Of a stretch of DNA of 64,000 bases, positions 38,310 through 47,976 are shown in pieces. The notes beneath the pieces are model-generated. The model did not search any database. It worked only from the letters and a program-made list of their open reading frames with translations, and was not told where the DNA came from. The position numbers and the translations under genes are program-made. Position 1 is the first letter of the stretch. Every line of letters begins with the position of its first letter. The stretch spans positions 1,540 through 65,539 of the forward strand of contig CALUFQ010000009.1 in assembly GCA_944319925.1 (NCBI GenBank), read 5' to 3'. Source of the stretch: an uncultured Paraprevotella sp. GTDB taxonomy: Bacteria > Bacteroidota > Bacteroidia > Bacteroidales > Bacteroidaceae.

Positions 38310-38933
38310 ATGAACATGGCGTTGTGTTTGGAAAAGCTTGGTATGGCCTTGGTGGCGGTTGCCCTGTTGGGTGGTTGCCGGGAAGAAAAGCCGCGACACA
38401 TATTGCCTTCGGGCGTAAGGTTGGAGGCGGGCGACGTGGTGTTCAGGCGCGGTGGAGGGTTTACCAGCCGGATGGTGCTTTTTGCCGACACTGCCGGGAA
38501 CTATTCCCACGTGGGTATCGTGGTGGACTCGGCGGGGGTGTTGAGGGTCGTGCATGCCGTGCCGGACGAGCCGGACTATGAGGGCGACCCCGACCGCGTG
38601 AAGATGGAATCGCCTGAGGCGTTCTACGCCGGGACGAGGGCGGACATCGGATGCGTGTTGCGTCACCAGGACGGGGATGTGGCCAGACGGGCGGCAGCCG
38701 CGGCTCAGGACGTTTACCGCCGCGGTACGTTGTTCGACCACGATTATGACGCGGCGGACACGACGAGAATGTATTGTTGCGAACTGGTGGCATACGCATA
38801 CGCTGCGGCGGGCAGTCCGCTGGACACGGGGGAGCGGCATGACATCTCCATACCGGGATTGGCGTTGCGCGGAGTGATATTGCCTTCCGATTTTTTCCGG
38901 GACAGGGCGTTGCGGCTGGTGTCCGGGTTTTGA
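38310..38933 (+). CDS. YiiX-like permuted papain (NlpC/P60 superfamily) lipoprotein
   Basis: Lipobox ALLGGC. Contains GDVVFRRGGGFTSR...YSHVGIVV...YDHDYD...MYCCELVAYAY. Start trimmed from 38253. Confidence 0.65.
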   Translation: MNMALCLEKLGMALVAVALLGGCREEKPRHILPSGVRLEAGDVVFRRGGGFTSRMVLFADTAGNYSHVGIVVDSAGVLRVVHAVPDEPDYEGDPDRVKMESPEAFYAGTRADIGCVLRHQDGDVARRAAAAAQDVYRRGTLFDHDYDAADTTRMYCCELVAYAYAAAGSPLDTGERHDISIPGLALRGVILPSDFFRDRALRLVSGF

Positions 38934-38982
38934 GCGGGGGCAGAGTTTATAACCGATTGTTTCATACTTAAAGATTAGCATT

Positions 38983-39390
38983 ATGAAAAAGATGTGTGTG
39001 GCAGCCGCGATGGCGGCAATGTTGATGTTTTCGGCTTGTGGCGGTGGCGGCAATACGCCTACGAAAGTGGCCGAACAGGCAGCGAAGTGCATGCAGGACA
39101 AGGATTATGAAGGCTTTGTGGACCTGATGTATGTCGAGAATGAGGAAGGGAAGGATTTGGAAAGTGAGAAGAAGATGGTGGCCGGCATGCTGCAGGCCAA
39201 GGCCGAGTCGTCTCTAAACGAGAAACAGGGCATCCAGTCGTATGAGGTGACTTCGGAAGAAATATCCGAGGACGGCGAGACGGCCAAGGTCGGCATGAAA
39301 GTTGTCTATGCCAACGGCGAGGAAGACGACGAGACCATGAAGTTGCGCAAAGATGCCGACGGAAATTGGAAGCTGGACATTGGAAAATAG
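38983..39390 (+). CDS. DUF4878-like small lipoprotein
   Basis: Lipobox MLMFSACGGG, 135 aa, followed by a terminator. Confidence 0.5.
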   Translation: MKKMCVAAAMAAMLMFSACGGGGNTPTKVAEQAAKCMQDKDYEGFVDLMYVENEEGKDLESEKKMVAGMLQAKAESSLNEKQGIQSYEVTSEEISEDGETAKVGMKVVYANGEEDDETMKLRKDADGNWKLDIGK

Positions 39391-39394
39391 AGAA

Positions 39395-39421
39395 ACAGGG
39401 GCGGTTGCCCCTGTGTTTTTC
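39395..39421 (+). terminator. Rho-independent terminator after the DUF4878 gene
   Basis: Hairpin ACAGGGGC-GGTT-GCCCCTGT followed by GTTTTT. Confidence 0.75.
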
Positions 39422-39555
39422 CCACATAGCGATGAAGCCCGCCAAACCGTTTGGCGGGCTTTTTACGGAATAGCTCGCATGCATATTTATACTGTGCGCG
39501 ACATGAATTTGTGCATATCCGCTGCGCCGGATTTGTAATCCGGTGCAATTGAGGT

Positions 39556-39677
39556 GCGGATTTCCGAATCCGCAAGCCCGAAAGGGCTTTCTGAAAACCT
39601 ATACGGGAAAGGAGAACTTTTTTCGGATTGAAAATCCTGATACTTAATTGCGTGGGATTGCAAATTCCATGCGGCAG
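39556..39677 (+). repeat. Composite intergenic repeat, modules A+B (copy 3)
   Basis: Module A: GCGGATTTCCGAATCCGCAAGCCCGAAAGGGCTT. Module B: TTTTTCGGATTGAAAATCCTGATACTTAATTGCGTGGGATTGCAAATTCCATGCGGCAG. Confidence 0.85.
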
Positions 39678-39690
39678 GAACAAATCCCAC

Positions 39691-39707
39691 GCGGTAGGAG
39701 TTGCCCC
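39691..39707 (+). repeat. Module C partial copy
   Basis: GCGGTAGGAGTTGCCCC compared with GCGGAGGAGTTGCCC. It ends 2 nt from the AraC stop codon. Confidence 0.5.
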
Positions 39708-39708
39708 A

Positions 39709-40746
39709 TTAGCTGCCTCGTTTTTTCCTGAAATTCCCGGGTGTTGTGCCGGTTTGTTTGCGGAAAGCCCGTTGGAACGTGGAAAGTGAGTTGAAGCCGC
39801 TTTGTTTGGCGATGTAGTCCAAGGTGTATTCGGGGTGTTCCACCAAAAGGGGGATGCTCATTTTTTCTATGCGCAAGGCGTTGACGTAATCGTAGAACGT
39901 GAGGCGTTTCACATTGCTGAAGTATTGGCTTAGGTATGTGCGGTTGGTGCCCACGCGGCTGCTCAGGTCGGAGAGCGAGAGGGCGGGGTTGAGGTATAAC
40001 CTTTCGTCCGTCATGATGCTTTCCAGTGTGTCGGCGAAGGGGTAGGTTCTTTTCTCCGGTGTCATTTCCATGTCGTTTGATTCGCCGTTCTGGCTTGGCC
40101 GGATTTGTTTCAGGTTGCGGCAGTTGTTCACGATCATCTGCCACAACAGGATGGAGGAGAGATAGTAGAGCATGTCGGCGAAGGCTTCGCCGATGAGCGA
40201 AACCAATAGCCACAACGATTGGTTGAGGAATGCCACTACGTAAACGCGGCGAATCCAGGAGATGTCGATTTCGTCAATGTTGGAGTAGTTCTCCTTTATA
40301 AATTCGAGATGTTTTTTTGCCTTTGCGTAGCCGATGGCAAGGATGAACAGCCCGAAGGCGGAGAGAAAGGCGGTGTAGAGATATAGGATGGTGTTTTCGG
40401 GCTTGGCGAGGTAGGCGAGGGTGAATCCGGCAAAAGGAAGGCAGAGGAGGGCGACATGTTTCCGCGTGACCCATCCGGGCATGGTCAGTTCGAACAGGAA
40501 ACAGGCAAATGTAATGGCCGACCAGCCGTCGGCCAGCATGATGTAGTCCAAGGTTTGCCGATTGTACCATCCCGGCACGGCCTGCACCAAGTCTTTCATG
40601 TTGGCCATAGCCCAATAGGCGAGAATCCATCCCAGCAAAACGTGGATGCGTGTGCGTTCGTCACGTCGCAGGTGTGAACAGGCTTGCACTGCGAAATAGG
40701 TTGTGGCGCATCCTGCGGAAAACATGGATAGGCTTAGTCCTTGCAT
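39709..40746 (-). CDS. AraC family transcriptional regulator with N-terminal multi-TM domain
   Basis: C-terminal HTH_18 (LSDLSSRVGTNRTYLSQYF...SGFNSLSTFQRAFRKQTG) preceded by about six hydrophobic helices. Confidence 0.8.
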   Translation of the reverse strand: MQGLSLSMFSAGCATTYFAVQACSHLRRDERTRIHVLLGWILAYWAMANMKDLVQAVPGWYNRQTLDYIMLADGWSAITFACFLFELTMPGWVTRKHVALLCLPFAGFTLAYLAKPENTILYLYTAFLSAFGLFILAIGYAKAKKHLEFIKENYSNIDEIDISWIRRVYVVAFLNQSLWLLVSLIGEAFADMLYYLSSILLWQMIVNNCRNLKQIRPSQNGESNDMEMTPEKRTYPFADTLESIMTDERLYLNPALSLSDLSSRVGTNRTYLSQYFSNVKRLTFYDYVNALRIEKMSIPLLVEHPEYTLDYIAKQSGFNSLSTFQRAFRKQTGTTPGNFRKKRGS

Positions 40747-40865
40747 GGGGATTTTTGTTGTCTGTTTGTCTTATGCGGCATAAAGGTAGCGAAAAAAATT
40801 GAAAACGTCAAAGGGATGGGAACGTAAAAAACAGTTTTGGGAACAGGTTCTTTGGAAACTTTGCG

Positions 40866-40873
40866 TATCTTTG
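40866..40873 (+). promoter_or_regulatory. Putative -7 box (TATCTTTG) for the DUF1460 gene
   Basis: TAnnTTTG 20 nt upstream of ATG 40894. This supports the trimmed start. Confidence 0.45.
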
Positions 40874-40893
40874 CCGGTAGGATTTTATATAGC

Positions 40894-41760
40894 ATGGGAA
40901 TGAGACGACTGCTTTTTTTGTGGGGATTTGTGTCCGTCCTTTCAATGGGATTGTCGGCGCAGACCTACACCCGGGACGACTCGTTGAAGGTGGAGCGTTT
41001 GTTGGCCGAGGCTGCTTTGCGGGGTGACGTGACGAATTGGACGTTGTATTTTGCGGAAAAGTTCATCGGTACGCCATACGTGGCTTCGACCTTGGAAGTG
41101 AACGACGAGGAAGAACTGGTGGTCAACCTGCGCCAGCTGGATTGCACCACATTGGTGGAAAACGTGGTGGCTTTGACGCTTACGGTGCGGGAACCGGCAC
41201 CTTCTTTTGCCGCGTTCTGCCGGAACTTGGAAAAAATCCGTTACCGTGGAGGGGTGAGGGACGGTTATGCTTCGCGCAACCATTACTTCAGCGAATGGAT
41301 TGCCAGCAACGAAAAGCTGGGAGTGGTGGAGGAAATCCGGGGAAAGAAGGAGGAGGGGTATCGTCCGTTTGTGGCCGTGCAGTGTTTGGAACTGGACTAT
41401 ATGAGCACACATCCTTCCGCTTATCCCATGTTGGAAGGAAATGCCGGTGAGTTGCGCCGGATACGCACGAATGAGCAGGCGTTTGACGGGCAGGCGGTGA
41501 GATATGTGCCTGTGTCATGGCTTGGAAAGGGGCAGGAGGAGTTGGACGACATCCACAATGGCGACATCCTGGCCATCGTGACGCGGAAGAAAGGACTGGA
41601 CACGTCGCATCTCGGCTTCGCCGTGTGGAAGGAAGGACGTTTGCATTTGCTCAATGCGTCGAGTATCCACAAGAAAGTAGTGTTGGAGCCGATGACGTTG
41701 CGGCAGTACATGCAGAAGCATCCTTCGCAGCTCGGTGTGCGCGTAGTGCGCGTCATTTGA
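40894..41760 (+). CDS. DUF1460 (N-acetylmuramoyl-L-alanine amidase-like) domain protein
   Basis: Signal peptide MGMRRLLFLWGFVSVLSMGLSAQ. Contains FIGTPYVASTLE...VVNLRQLDCTTLVENVVAL. Start trimmed from 40837. Confidence 0.75.
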   Translation: MGMRRLLFLWGFVSVLSMGLSAQTYTRDDSLKVERLLAEAALRGDVTNWTLYFAEKFIGTPYVASTLEVNDEEELVVNLRQLDCTTLVENVVALTLTVREPAPSFAAFCRNLEKIRYRGGVRDGYASRNHYFSEWIASNEKLGVVEEIRGKKEEGYRPFVAVQCLELDYMSTHPSAYPMLEGNAGELRRIRTNEQAFDGQAVRYVPVSWLGKGQEELDDIHNGDILAIVTRKKGLDTSHLGFAVWKEGRLHLLNASSIHKKVVLEPMTLRQYMQKHPSQLGVRVVRVI

Positions 41761-42427
41761 GGAAACCGATGTGTTTCATTTGCCGCATGATGGCGGTTTG
41801 CCGTTTCAGGACATGGCGTGAGGGATTCTTGGAACTGTATTTGAGCGGGTTGGGGAGCGTGGCCGCCACCAAGGCGCAGTTGGCGGGCGAGAGTTTCTTG
41901 GCCGGGCGGCTAAAATGTTGTTGCGCCACGGCTTCCGCACCGTAAATCCCGTCGCCCATCTCAATGGAGTTCAGATAGACTTCCATGATGCGTTCCTTGT
42001 TCCAGCAGAGTTCTATCAACACGGTGAAGTAGGCTTCGAATCCTTTTCTCACCCATGATGACTTGGGCCAAAGGAACACGTTCTTGGCCGTCTGTTGGCT
42101 GATGGTGCTGCCCCCGCGTAACCGTTTGCCAGACTGCCGCTCTTCTATCGCGTTTTGGATTTCCACCACGTCGAATCCGTGGTGTTGCAGGAAGCGTTGG
42201 TCTTCCGAGGCCATGACGGCCACGGGCAGGTATTTCGACATTTCTTCTAACGGCACCCAATGGTGTTTCAGGCGGATTTTCTCTCCCCGGCTTACTTGTT
42301 GTGCGCACCGGATGATCATGAGCGGGGTGAGCGGCACGGGAACGAAGCGGTAGAGGACAACAAAAAAGATTGTACTCCCGAAAAACAGGAGTACAATCCA
42401 TTGCAACAGTTTCTGCAGTTTCTTCAT
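41753..42427 (-). CDS. mtgA: Monofunctional biosynthetic peptidoglycan transglycosylase
   Basis: Contains AVMASEDQRFLQHHGFD...GGSTISQQTAKNVFLWP. Start taken at MKKLQKLL (42427) rather than 42469, which would overlap the OmpA gene. Confidence 0.88.
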   Translation of the reverse strand: MKKLQKLLQWIVLLFFGSTIFFVVLYRFVPVPLTPLMIIRCAQQVSRGEKIRLKHHWVPLEEMSKYLPVAVMASEDQRFLQHHGFDVVEIQNAIEERQSGKRLRGGSTISQQTAKNVFLWPKSSWVRKGFEAYFTVLIELCWNKERIMEVYLNSIEMGDGIYGAEAVAQQHFSRPAKKLSPANCALVAATLPNPLKYSSKNPSRHVLKRQTAIMRQMKHIGFLK

Positions 42428-42434
42428 TTTGCGA

Positions 42435-43166
42435 TTAGTTACCGCCGGCTTCTGCCTGGGCCGCTTCAATCATGGCCTGGCTGGCTGTCAGATAGACTTC
42501 CACGCGGCGGTTCTGTTGGCGACCGGTTTCCGTGCTGTTGTCAGCCACGGGGTTGGCTTCACCCAATCCCTCGACCGATGAGATTTGTGTGGCTGCCACG
42601 CCGCATTGTTTCAGGTAATTGGCCACGGAGTTGGCGCGTTCCATCGACAAATTGATATTTTTCTGTACGCTTTCTGCCGCCGTGCTGTTCTTCCAACCGG
42701 TATTGTCGGTATATCCCTTGATGTCCACGTTCATGTCCTTGTTGGGGTTCAACACGGTGCTGGCGAATTTGGCCAAAGAAGCCGTGGCGTTGCTGCTCAG
42801 GGCCGAGCTGCTGGTGTTGAACAGGATGCCTGAGTCAAATGTGACTTTCACGGCTTGCAGGCCGTTCACGTCGGTCACGGTTTCCACTTGGGCATTTTCT
42901 ACTTGTTGTGCGGCGGCTTTGGCTTTGTCCATGCGTTTGCCGATTAATGCGCCCGCAGTCGTGCCTACGGCAACGCCCACGGCTGCGCCGATGGCTGCGC
43001 CCTTGCCTTTATTTCCTGCGGCCAAAGTCCCAATCAATGTGCCCAAGGCGGCTCCTCCGCCGGCACCAATCAAGGACCCCTTGCCCGTATTGTTCATACT
43101 TCCTCCGCAACCGCTCATCAGCATGCCTGCGCTCAGGGCGAGCGCATAAAACTTTAATCCTTTCAT
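42435..43166 (-). CDS. OmpA family lipoprotein (glycine-zipper N-terminus, OmpA_C peptidoglycan-binding domain)
   Basis: Lipobox MLMSGCGG. Contains GYTDNTG...LSMERANSVANYL...NRRVEV. Confidence 0.85.
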   Translation of the reverse strand: MKGLKFYALALSAGMLMSGCGGSMNNTGKGSLIGAGGGAALGTLIGTLAAGNKGKGAAIGAAVGVAVGTTAGALIGKRMDKAKAAAQQVENAQVETVTDVNGLQAVKVTFDSGILFNTSSSALSSNATASLAKFASTVLNPNKDMNVDIKGYTDNTGWKNSTAAESVQKNINLSMERANSVANYLKQCGVAATQISSVEGLGEANPVADNSTETGRQQNRRVEVYLTASQAMIEAAQAEAGGN

Positions 43167-43199
43167 AGTTATATCTATTTATAGCTTTAAAAACGTAGG

Positions 43200-43207
43200 C
43201 AAAATTA
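43200..43207 (-). promoter_or_regulatory. Putative -7 box (TAATTTTG) for the OmpA-mtgA pair
   Basis: Minus-strand TAnnTTTG 34 nt upstream of ATG 43166. Confidence 0.45.
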
Positions 43208-43250
43208 GATAAAATCCGTGGAACTGCCGCACAAAAAAGAAACTTTTTGC

Positions 43251-43258
43251 TAATTTTG
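43251..43258 (+). promoter_or_regulatory. Putative -7 box (TAATTTTG) for proS
   Basis: TAnnTTTG 24 nt upstream of the ATG. Confidence 0.45.
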
Positions 43259-43282
43259 CATCCGGTTTATGGATATTAAATT

Positions 43283-44764
43283 ATGGCTAAAGAACTGAAA
43301 GATTTAACCAAGCGGAGCGAGAATTATTCGCAATGGTATAACGAATTGGTCGTGAAGGCAGATTTGGCCGAACAGGCCGATGTCAGGGGGTGCATGGTGA
43401 TTAAACCCTACGGTTACGCGATATGGGAGAAAATGCAACGTGTGTTGGATGATAAGTTCAAGGAAACCGGAGTGCAGAATGCTTATTTTCCTTTGTTGAT
43501 TCCTAAATCATTCTTGAGCAAGGAGGCCGAACACGTGGAAGGGTTTGCCAAGGAATGTGCCGTGGTGACGCACTACCGCCTGAAGACTAATGAGGACAAG
43601 ACCGGAGTGGTGGTCGATCCGGCAGCCAAGCTCGAAGAGGAACTGATTATCCGCCCCACGTCGGAGACGATTATATGGAACACATACAGGAATTGGATTC
43701 ACAGCTACCGCGACCTGCCGCTGTTGTGCAACCAGTGGTGCAACGTGATGCGCTGGGAGATGCGCACCCGCCTGTTCCTCCGCACGTCCGAGTTCTTGTG
43801 GCAAGAGGGGCACACGGCGCATGCCACCCGCGAAGAGGCCGAGGAACGTGCCAAGATGATGCTGAAAGTGTATGCCGACTTTGCCGAACAATACATGGCC
43901 GTGCCTGTGGTGCAGGGCGTGAAGAGCGAGACGGAGCGTTTTGCCGGTGCGCTGGATACTTACACCATCGAAGCCATGATGCAGGACGGGAAGGCACTGC
44001 AGAGCGGCACTTCGCATTTCTTGGGGCAGAACTTCGGCAAGGCGTTCGACGTGCAGTTCATCAACAAGGAAAACAAGTTGGAATATGCCTGGGCCACGTC
44101 GTGGGGCGTGTCCACCCGCCTGATGGGGGCGCTCATCATGACCCATTCCGACGACAACGGGCTGGTGTTGCCGCCGCGCTTGGCACCGATACAGGTGGTC
44201 ATCATTCCTATTTATAAGAATGCGGAGCAACTCCAGGCCATCGACGAGAAGGTGGCGGGCATTGCGGCGCGTCTGCGCGAAATGGGCATCTCCGTGAAGT
44301 ATGACAACGCCGATAACAAGCGCCCGGGCTTCAAGTTCGCCGACTATGAGCTGAAAGGTGTGCCCGTGCGGTTGGTATTGGGTGCGCGCGATTTGGAAAA
44401 CAACACGGTGGAAGTGATGCGCCGAGACACGCTGGAAAAGGAAACCCGTACGCTCGACGGTATCGAGGCTTACGTGAAAGACGTGTTGGCCGACATGCAA
44501 CAGAACATTTACGCGAAGGCCAAGGCTTTCCGTGATGCGCATATTTATGAGTGCGACGACTACGAAGAGTTCAAGGAGCGCGTGAAAGACGGCGGTTTCT
44601 TCCTTTGTCATTGGGACGGCACACCGGAAACGGAAGCCAAAATCAAGGAAGACACCCAAGCCACCATACGTTGTGTGCCGTTCGAGTTCGAGCAGACTCC
44701 GGGCACGGACATGGTGAGCGGCAAGCCGGCCAAGTTCCGTGTGCTGATAGCCCGGTCTTATTAA
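43283..44764 (+). CDS. proS: Proline--tRNA ligase (archaeal/eukaryote-like type)
   Basis: 493 aa. Contains [14 protein letters not shown]...[24 protein letters not shown]... and C-terminus ARSY. Confidence 0.96.
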   Translation: MAKELKDLTKRSENYSQWYNELVVKADLAEQADVRGCMVIKPYGYAIWEKMQRVLDDKFKETGVQNAYFPLLIPKSFLSKEAEHVEGFAKECAVVTHYRLKTNEDKTGVVVDPAAKLEEELIIRPTSETIIWNTYRNWIHSYRDLPLLCNQWCNVMRWEMRTRLFLRTSEFLWQEGHTAHATREEAEERAKMMLKVYADFAEQYMAVPVVQGVKSETERFAGALDTYTIEAMMQDGKALQSGTSHFLGQNFGKAFDVQFINKENKLEYAWATSWGVSTRLMGALIMTHSDDNGLVLPPRLAPIQVVIIPIYKNAEQLQAIDEKVAGIAARLREMGISVKYDNADNKRPGFKFADYELKGVPVRLVLGARDLENNTVEVMRRDTLEKETRTLDGIEAYVKDVLADMQQNIYAKAKAFRDAHIYECDDYEEFKERVKDGGFFLCHWDGTPETEAKIKEDTQATIRCVPFEFEQTPGTDMVSGKPAKFRVLIARSY

Positions 44765-44788
44765 TTGATTTGGTTAGAAAATAGGAGG

Positions 44789-44834
44789 TAGCCGTGTGGT
44801 TTCCGAAGGGGAATGGCACGGCTATATTTTTTTT
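44789..44834 (+). terminator. Rho-independent terminator after proS
   Basis: TAGCCGTG...CACGGCTA stem followed by a T8 run, then a G7 run. Confidence 0.6.
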
Positions 44835-44868
44835 GGGGGGGATGTTCTGCATGCGGACTCTGATTCCA

Positions 44869-44894
44869 GAACTGTTCCTAATCTTGGGGATTTA
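44869..44894 (+). repeat. Module D copy (GAACTGTTCCTAATCTTGGGGATTTA)
   Basis: 26-nt exact match to the reverse complement of 52046-52071. Confidence 0.85.
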
Positions 44895-44898
44895 TACT

Positions 44899-44949
44899 TA
44901 GCGCGGAATAAAATTGTCATTTGGGAATACACGAACCCATTCCGCGCTA
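44899..44949. repeat. Perfect 11-bp inverted repeat TAGCGCGGAAT / ATTCCGCGCTA with 29-nt spacer
   Basis: Read directly from the sequence. It lies 4 nt after the module D copy. Confidence 0.8.
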
Positions 44950-45103
44950 GGTATAAATTCAAAGGTTTAGAAACTGTCCGCTATCTTCCCCGGCAAGTAC
45001 ATCCCACGCTATAACTGACTGAATGTCCCTGCATGCAGCGTTAAATGTGTGTTAAATCTTTCGGAGTCCTATAGAAACTTTTGGCCGTTCGTAATTCGTT
45101 CTT

Positions 45104-45111
45104 TATATTTG
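45104..45111 (+). promoter_or_regulatory. Putative -7 box (TATATTTG) for the TetR-efflux operon
   Basis: TAnnTTTG with TTTG at 45080-45083, about 20 nt upstream (a -33-like element). Confidence 0.5.
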
Positions 45112-45146
45112 CAATGAAATTAACTTTTTAGTTAAACATAGATGTT

Positions 45147-45761
45147 ATGAGCAGGGGAGACCACACAGAGCAGGCCATATTGGAGGCAGCCGAAGCGGAA
45201 TTTTTGGACAAGGGGCTCGCTTTGGCAAAGACGGCAGAGATAGCCCGTGCGGCAGGGGTGACGCATGCCATGTTGCATTATTATTTCCGCACGAAGGAGA
45301 AACTTTTTGAGAAGATATTCGAAGGCAAGGTGCAGGATTTGGCCCGTTCGTTGACGGCGACTTTCGACGAAACGCAGCCATTTTTGGATCAGGTGGCAAA
45401 ACTGGCTGGCGCGCATTTTGATTTCATCGCGGCCCAGCCGCGCTTGCCGATGTTTGTCTTAAATGAGATTCACCACAACGAGGAGCGGCGCAAAATCTAT
45501 CTGCCCATGCTGGTGAATGCCTTGCGTGACACCATACGCAATCTTGGGTTGCAGTTGGAAGCGGCATTGAAAGCGGGGGAAGTGCGGCCTGTGCGCACGT
45601 CGGATTTACTGTTTTCTATAGCTTCTCTGAATGTCATGACGTTTGCGGGCCTGCCCATTGCGCGTGAGGCTTTCGGCATGGACGAAGAGGACGTGCGGCA
45701 GTTTGTGGCGCAACGTCGTGCGGAAAACATAGAAGTGATATTAAGCCGGTTGAGAAAATGA
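45147..45761 (+). CDS. TetR/AcrR family transcriptional regulator
   Basis: N-terminal HTH ILEAAEAEFLDKGLALAKTAEIARAAGVTHAMLHYYF. ATGA overlap with the TolC gene. Confidence 0.9.
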   Translation: MSRGDHTEQAILEAAEAEFLDKGLALAKTAEIARAAGVTHAMLHYYFRTKEKLFEKIFEGKVQDLARSLTATFDETQPFLDQVAKLAGAHFDFIAAQPRLPMFVLNEIHHNEERRKIYLPMLVNALRDTIRNLGLQLEAALKAGEVRPVRTSDLLFSIASLNVMTFAGLPIAREAFGMDEEDVRQFVAQRRAENIEVILSRLRK

Positions 45762-47020
45762 AAAAGACCATAAGAAGAGCGGGGATGTGGCTCGTGGCAT
45801 GTTGTGCCGCGCAGGCCGCATTCGCCCAATTGACTCTCGAGGGATGCCAGCGTGCGGCCAGGGAGAACTATCCTTTGGTGAAACAGTTCGGGCTGATTGA
45901 GCGCACCCGGGAGTTTAACTTGGAGAATGCCTCGAAGGGCTATCTGCCGCAATTGTCCGTTTCGGGAAAGGCTTCTTACCAATCCGACGTGACGGAGATG
46001 CCGTTCCATATTCCCGGGTTGGAGTTTGGATTGGACAAAGACCAGTACCAAGCTGTGGTGGAACTGAACCAAATGATTTGGGATGGCGGCGCCATACGTC
46101 AACAGCGGCGGGAAGCCCGTGCGCAGGCTGATGTGCAGAAGGGGCAATTGGATGTAAACCTTTATGCACTTCGTGACCGGGTAAACCAGCTCTACTTCGG
46201 CATCCTGTTGATAGACGCGCGGTTGGAACAGAACAGGCTGCTGCAAGAACAACTGGCACGTAACTACGCACAAGTGGAGGCTTGCATGGAACTAGGCGTG
46301 GCCACGCAAGCCGATTTGGATGCCGTGCGCGTGGAGCAGTTGGACGCGCGGCAGAAGGCTGCGGAACTCGGCGTGAACCGCAAGGCGTATATGGAAACCT
46401 TGGGATTGCTCACGGGGGAGGACTATCCGGTGCATGAACGACTCTTGCAGCCTTCTTCCGGAAATAGGGCGTATGGAGGGCTTCGCCGGCCTGAACTTTC
46501 GTTTTATGCTTCCCGGAGGAAACAACTGGACGTGCAGGAAAAAGGTTTGGAGGCCAGGTTGATGCCCCGCTTGGGATTGTTCGCGCAGGGGGCATACGGC
46601 GACCCGGGACTGAACATGCTGAAAGGCGGTCTCGAACCTTACTATATTGTCGGTGTCAGGTTGAGTTGGAACGTCGGAGGATTTTACACAAGGAAGAATG
46701 ACAAGCGGTTGTTGGCCGCAAGCCGGGAGGAGGTTGACGTGCAGGAGGCGGCCTTCCGCCTGGAAAACCAAATGGAGGCGAGCGGACACCATTACGCTGT
46801 GGAGCGGTTGGATTCGCTCATGAGGCACGACGATGAGCTGATTCGCTTGCGCACGAACATCCGGCGGGCGGCCGAGGCCAAGGTGGCCGAAGGGACGCTG
46901 ACCGTGACGGAGATGTTGCGCGAGGTGACGGCCGAAGACCAGGCGCGGCAAGCCAAGGCGTTGCACGAGATTCAACGCTTGCAGGCCATTTATGACTTGA
47001 AATATACGTTGAACCATTAA
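45758..47020 (+). CDS. TolC family outer-membrane efflux protein
   Basis: 420 aa with signal peptide and repeated coiled-coil/barrel halves. Lies in the efflux operon. Confidence 0.85.
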   Translation: MKKTIRRAGMWLVACCAAQAAFAQLTLEGCQRAARENYPLVKQFGLIERTREFNLENASKGYLPQLSVSGKASYQSDVTEMPFHIPGLEFGLDKDQYQAVVELNQMIWDGGAIRQQRREARAQADVQKGQLDVNLYALRDRVNQLYFGILLIDARLEQNRLLQEQLARNYAQVEACMELGVATQADLDAVRVEQLDARQKAAELGVNRKAYMETLGLLTGEDYPVHERLLQPSSGNRAYGGLRRPELSFYASRRKQLDVQEKGLEARLMPRLGLFAQGAYGDPGLNMLKGGLEPYYIVGVRLSWNVGGFYTRKNDKRLLAASREEVDVQEAAFRLENQMEASGHHYAVERLDSLMRHDDELIRLRTNIRRAAEAKVAEGTLTVTEMLREVTAEDQARQAKALHEIQRLQAIYDLKYTLNH

Positions 47021-47031
47021 ATGAAACAGAT

Positions 47032-47967
47032 ATGAGGGCAGAAAACAAGCGGGAAGGTGCAGGATGGCAGGCCGCATGGCAATGGGCGTGCGGCTTGGCG
47101 GCGGGCTGCCTGGTGGTGGCATGTGGCGGCGGCGACCGCGATTTCGATGCTTCGGGCATTTTTGAGTCCACTGAAGTCGTTGTTTCGGCCGAGGTGGGTG
47201 GAAAAATCATGGCATTGGACGTGGAGGAAGGCGACGTGCTGGCCGAAGGGCAACAGGTGGGTCATGTGGATTCCGTCCAGCTTTATTGGAAGAAAAAGCA
47301 GTTGGAAGCCGGATTGCGCTCCGTCGGGAGTCGTCGGGCGGACGTGGCCAAGCAGGTGGCTGCCACGCGCGAACAAATCGCCAAGGCCAAGAAGGAACGC
47401 GTACGCCTGCAGAATCTTTTGCGGCAGGATGCGGCCACGCGCAAACAACTGGATGACGCGGAGTCGCAATTGGCCGTGCTGGAGAAGCAATTGGAGGCGC
47501 AGCTTTCCACGTTGGAACGGACGAACCAAGGCGTGGGAAGCGAGGAGGAAGCCACTGTGGCCCAGATCATGCAGTTGGACGACCAAATCGGGAAATGCCG
47601 CATCGCTAGTCCCGTGGCGGGCACGGTGCTGGCCAAGTATGCCGAGGCGGGCGAGGTGGCGGCTGCGGGGAAGCCGTTGTTCAAGATGGCCGACTTGCAA
47701 CGCATATTTTTGCGGGCCTACGTGGGAGGCGAACAGCTTTCCAATGTGAAACTGGGGCAGCAGGTGAAGGTCTATGCCGACGAGGGGACCGACGGGCGCA
47801 GGGAATATGCCGGGCGCGTGACATGGATTTCCGGACAGGCCGAGTTCACGCCCAAAACCATACAGACACGCGACGAGCGGGCCAACCTGGTCTATGCCGT
47901 GAAGATTGCCGTGGAGAACGACGGGCTTTTGAAACTAGGCATGTACGGGGAAGTGGATTTCGAGTAA
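47032..47967 (+). CDS. HlyD family periplasmic adaptor
   Basis: Lipoyl-like motif (GGKIMALDVEEGDVLAEGQQVGHVD), coiled-coil hairpin and beta-barrel domain. Confidence 0.85.
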   Translation: MRAENKREGAGWQAAWQWACGLAAGCLVVACGGGDRDFDASGIFESTEVVVSAEVGGKIMALDVEEGDVLAEGQQVGHVDSVQLYWKKKQLEAGLRSVGSRRADVAKQVAATREQIAKAKKERVRLQNLLRQDAATRKQLDDAESQLAVLEKQLEAQLSTLERTNQGVGSEEEATVAQIMQLDDQIGKCRIASPVAGTVLAKYAEAGEVAAAGKPLFKMADLQRIFLRAYVGGEQLSNVKLGQQVKVYADEGTDGRREYAGRVTWISGQAEFTPKTIQTRDERANLVYAVKIAVENDGLLKLGMYGEVDFE

Positions 47968-47976
47968 GCATGTGCC

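Noticed and set aside
42435-42469. The mtgA start at 42469, which would overlap the OmpA gene by 35 nt.
   Set aside because: The internal Met at 42427 (MKKLQKLLQWIVLLFF...) gives the usual short cytoplasmic tail plus TM anchor. It leaves a 7-nt gap after the OmpA stop, so the longer form is unnecessary.
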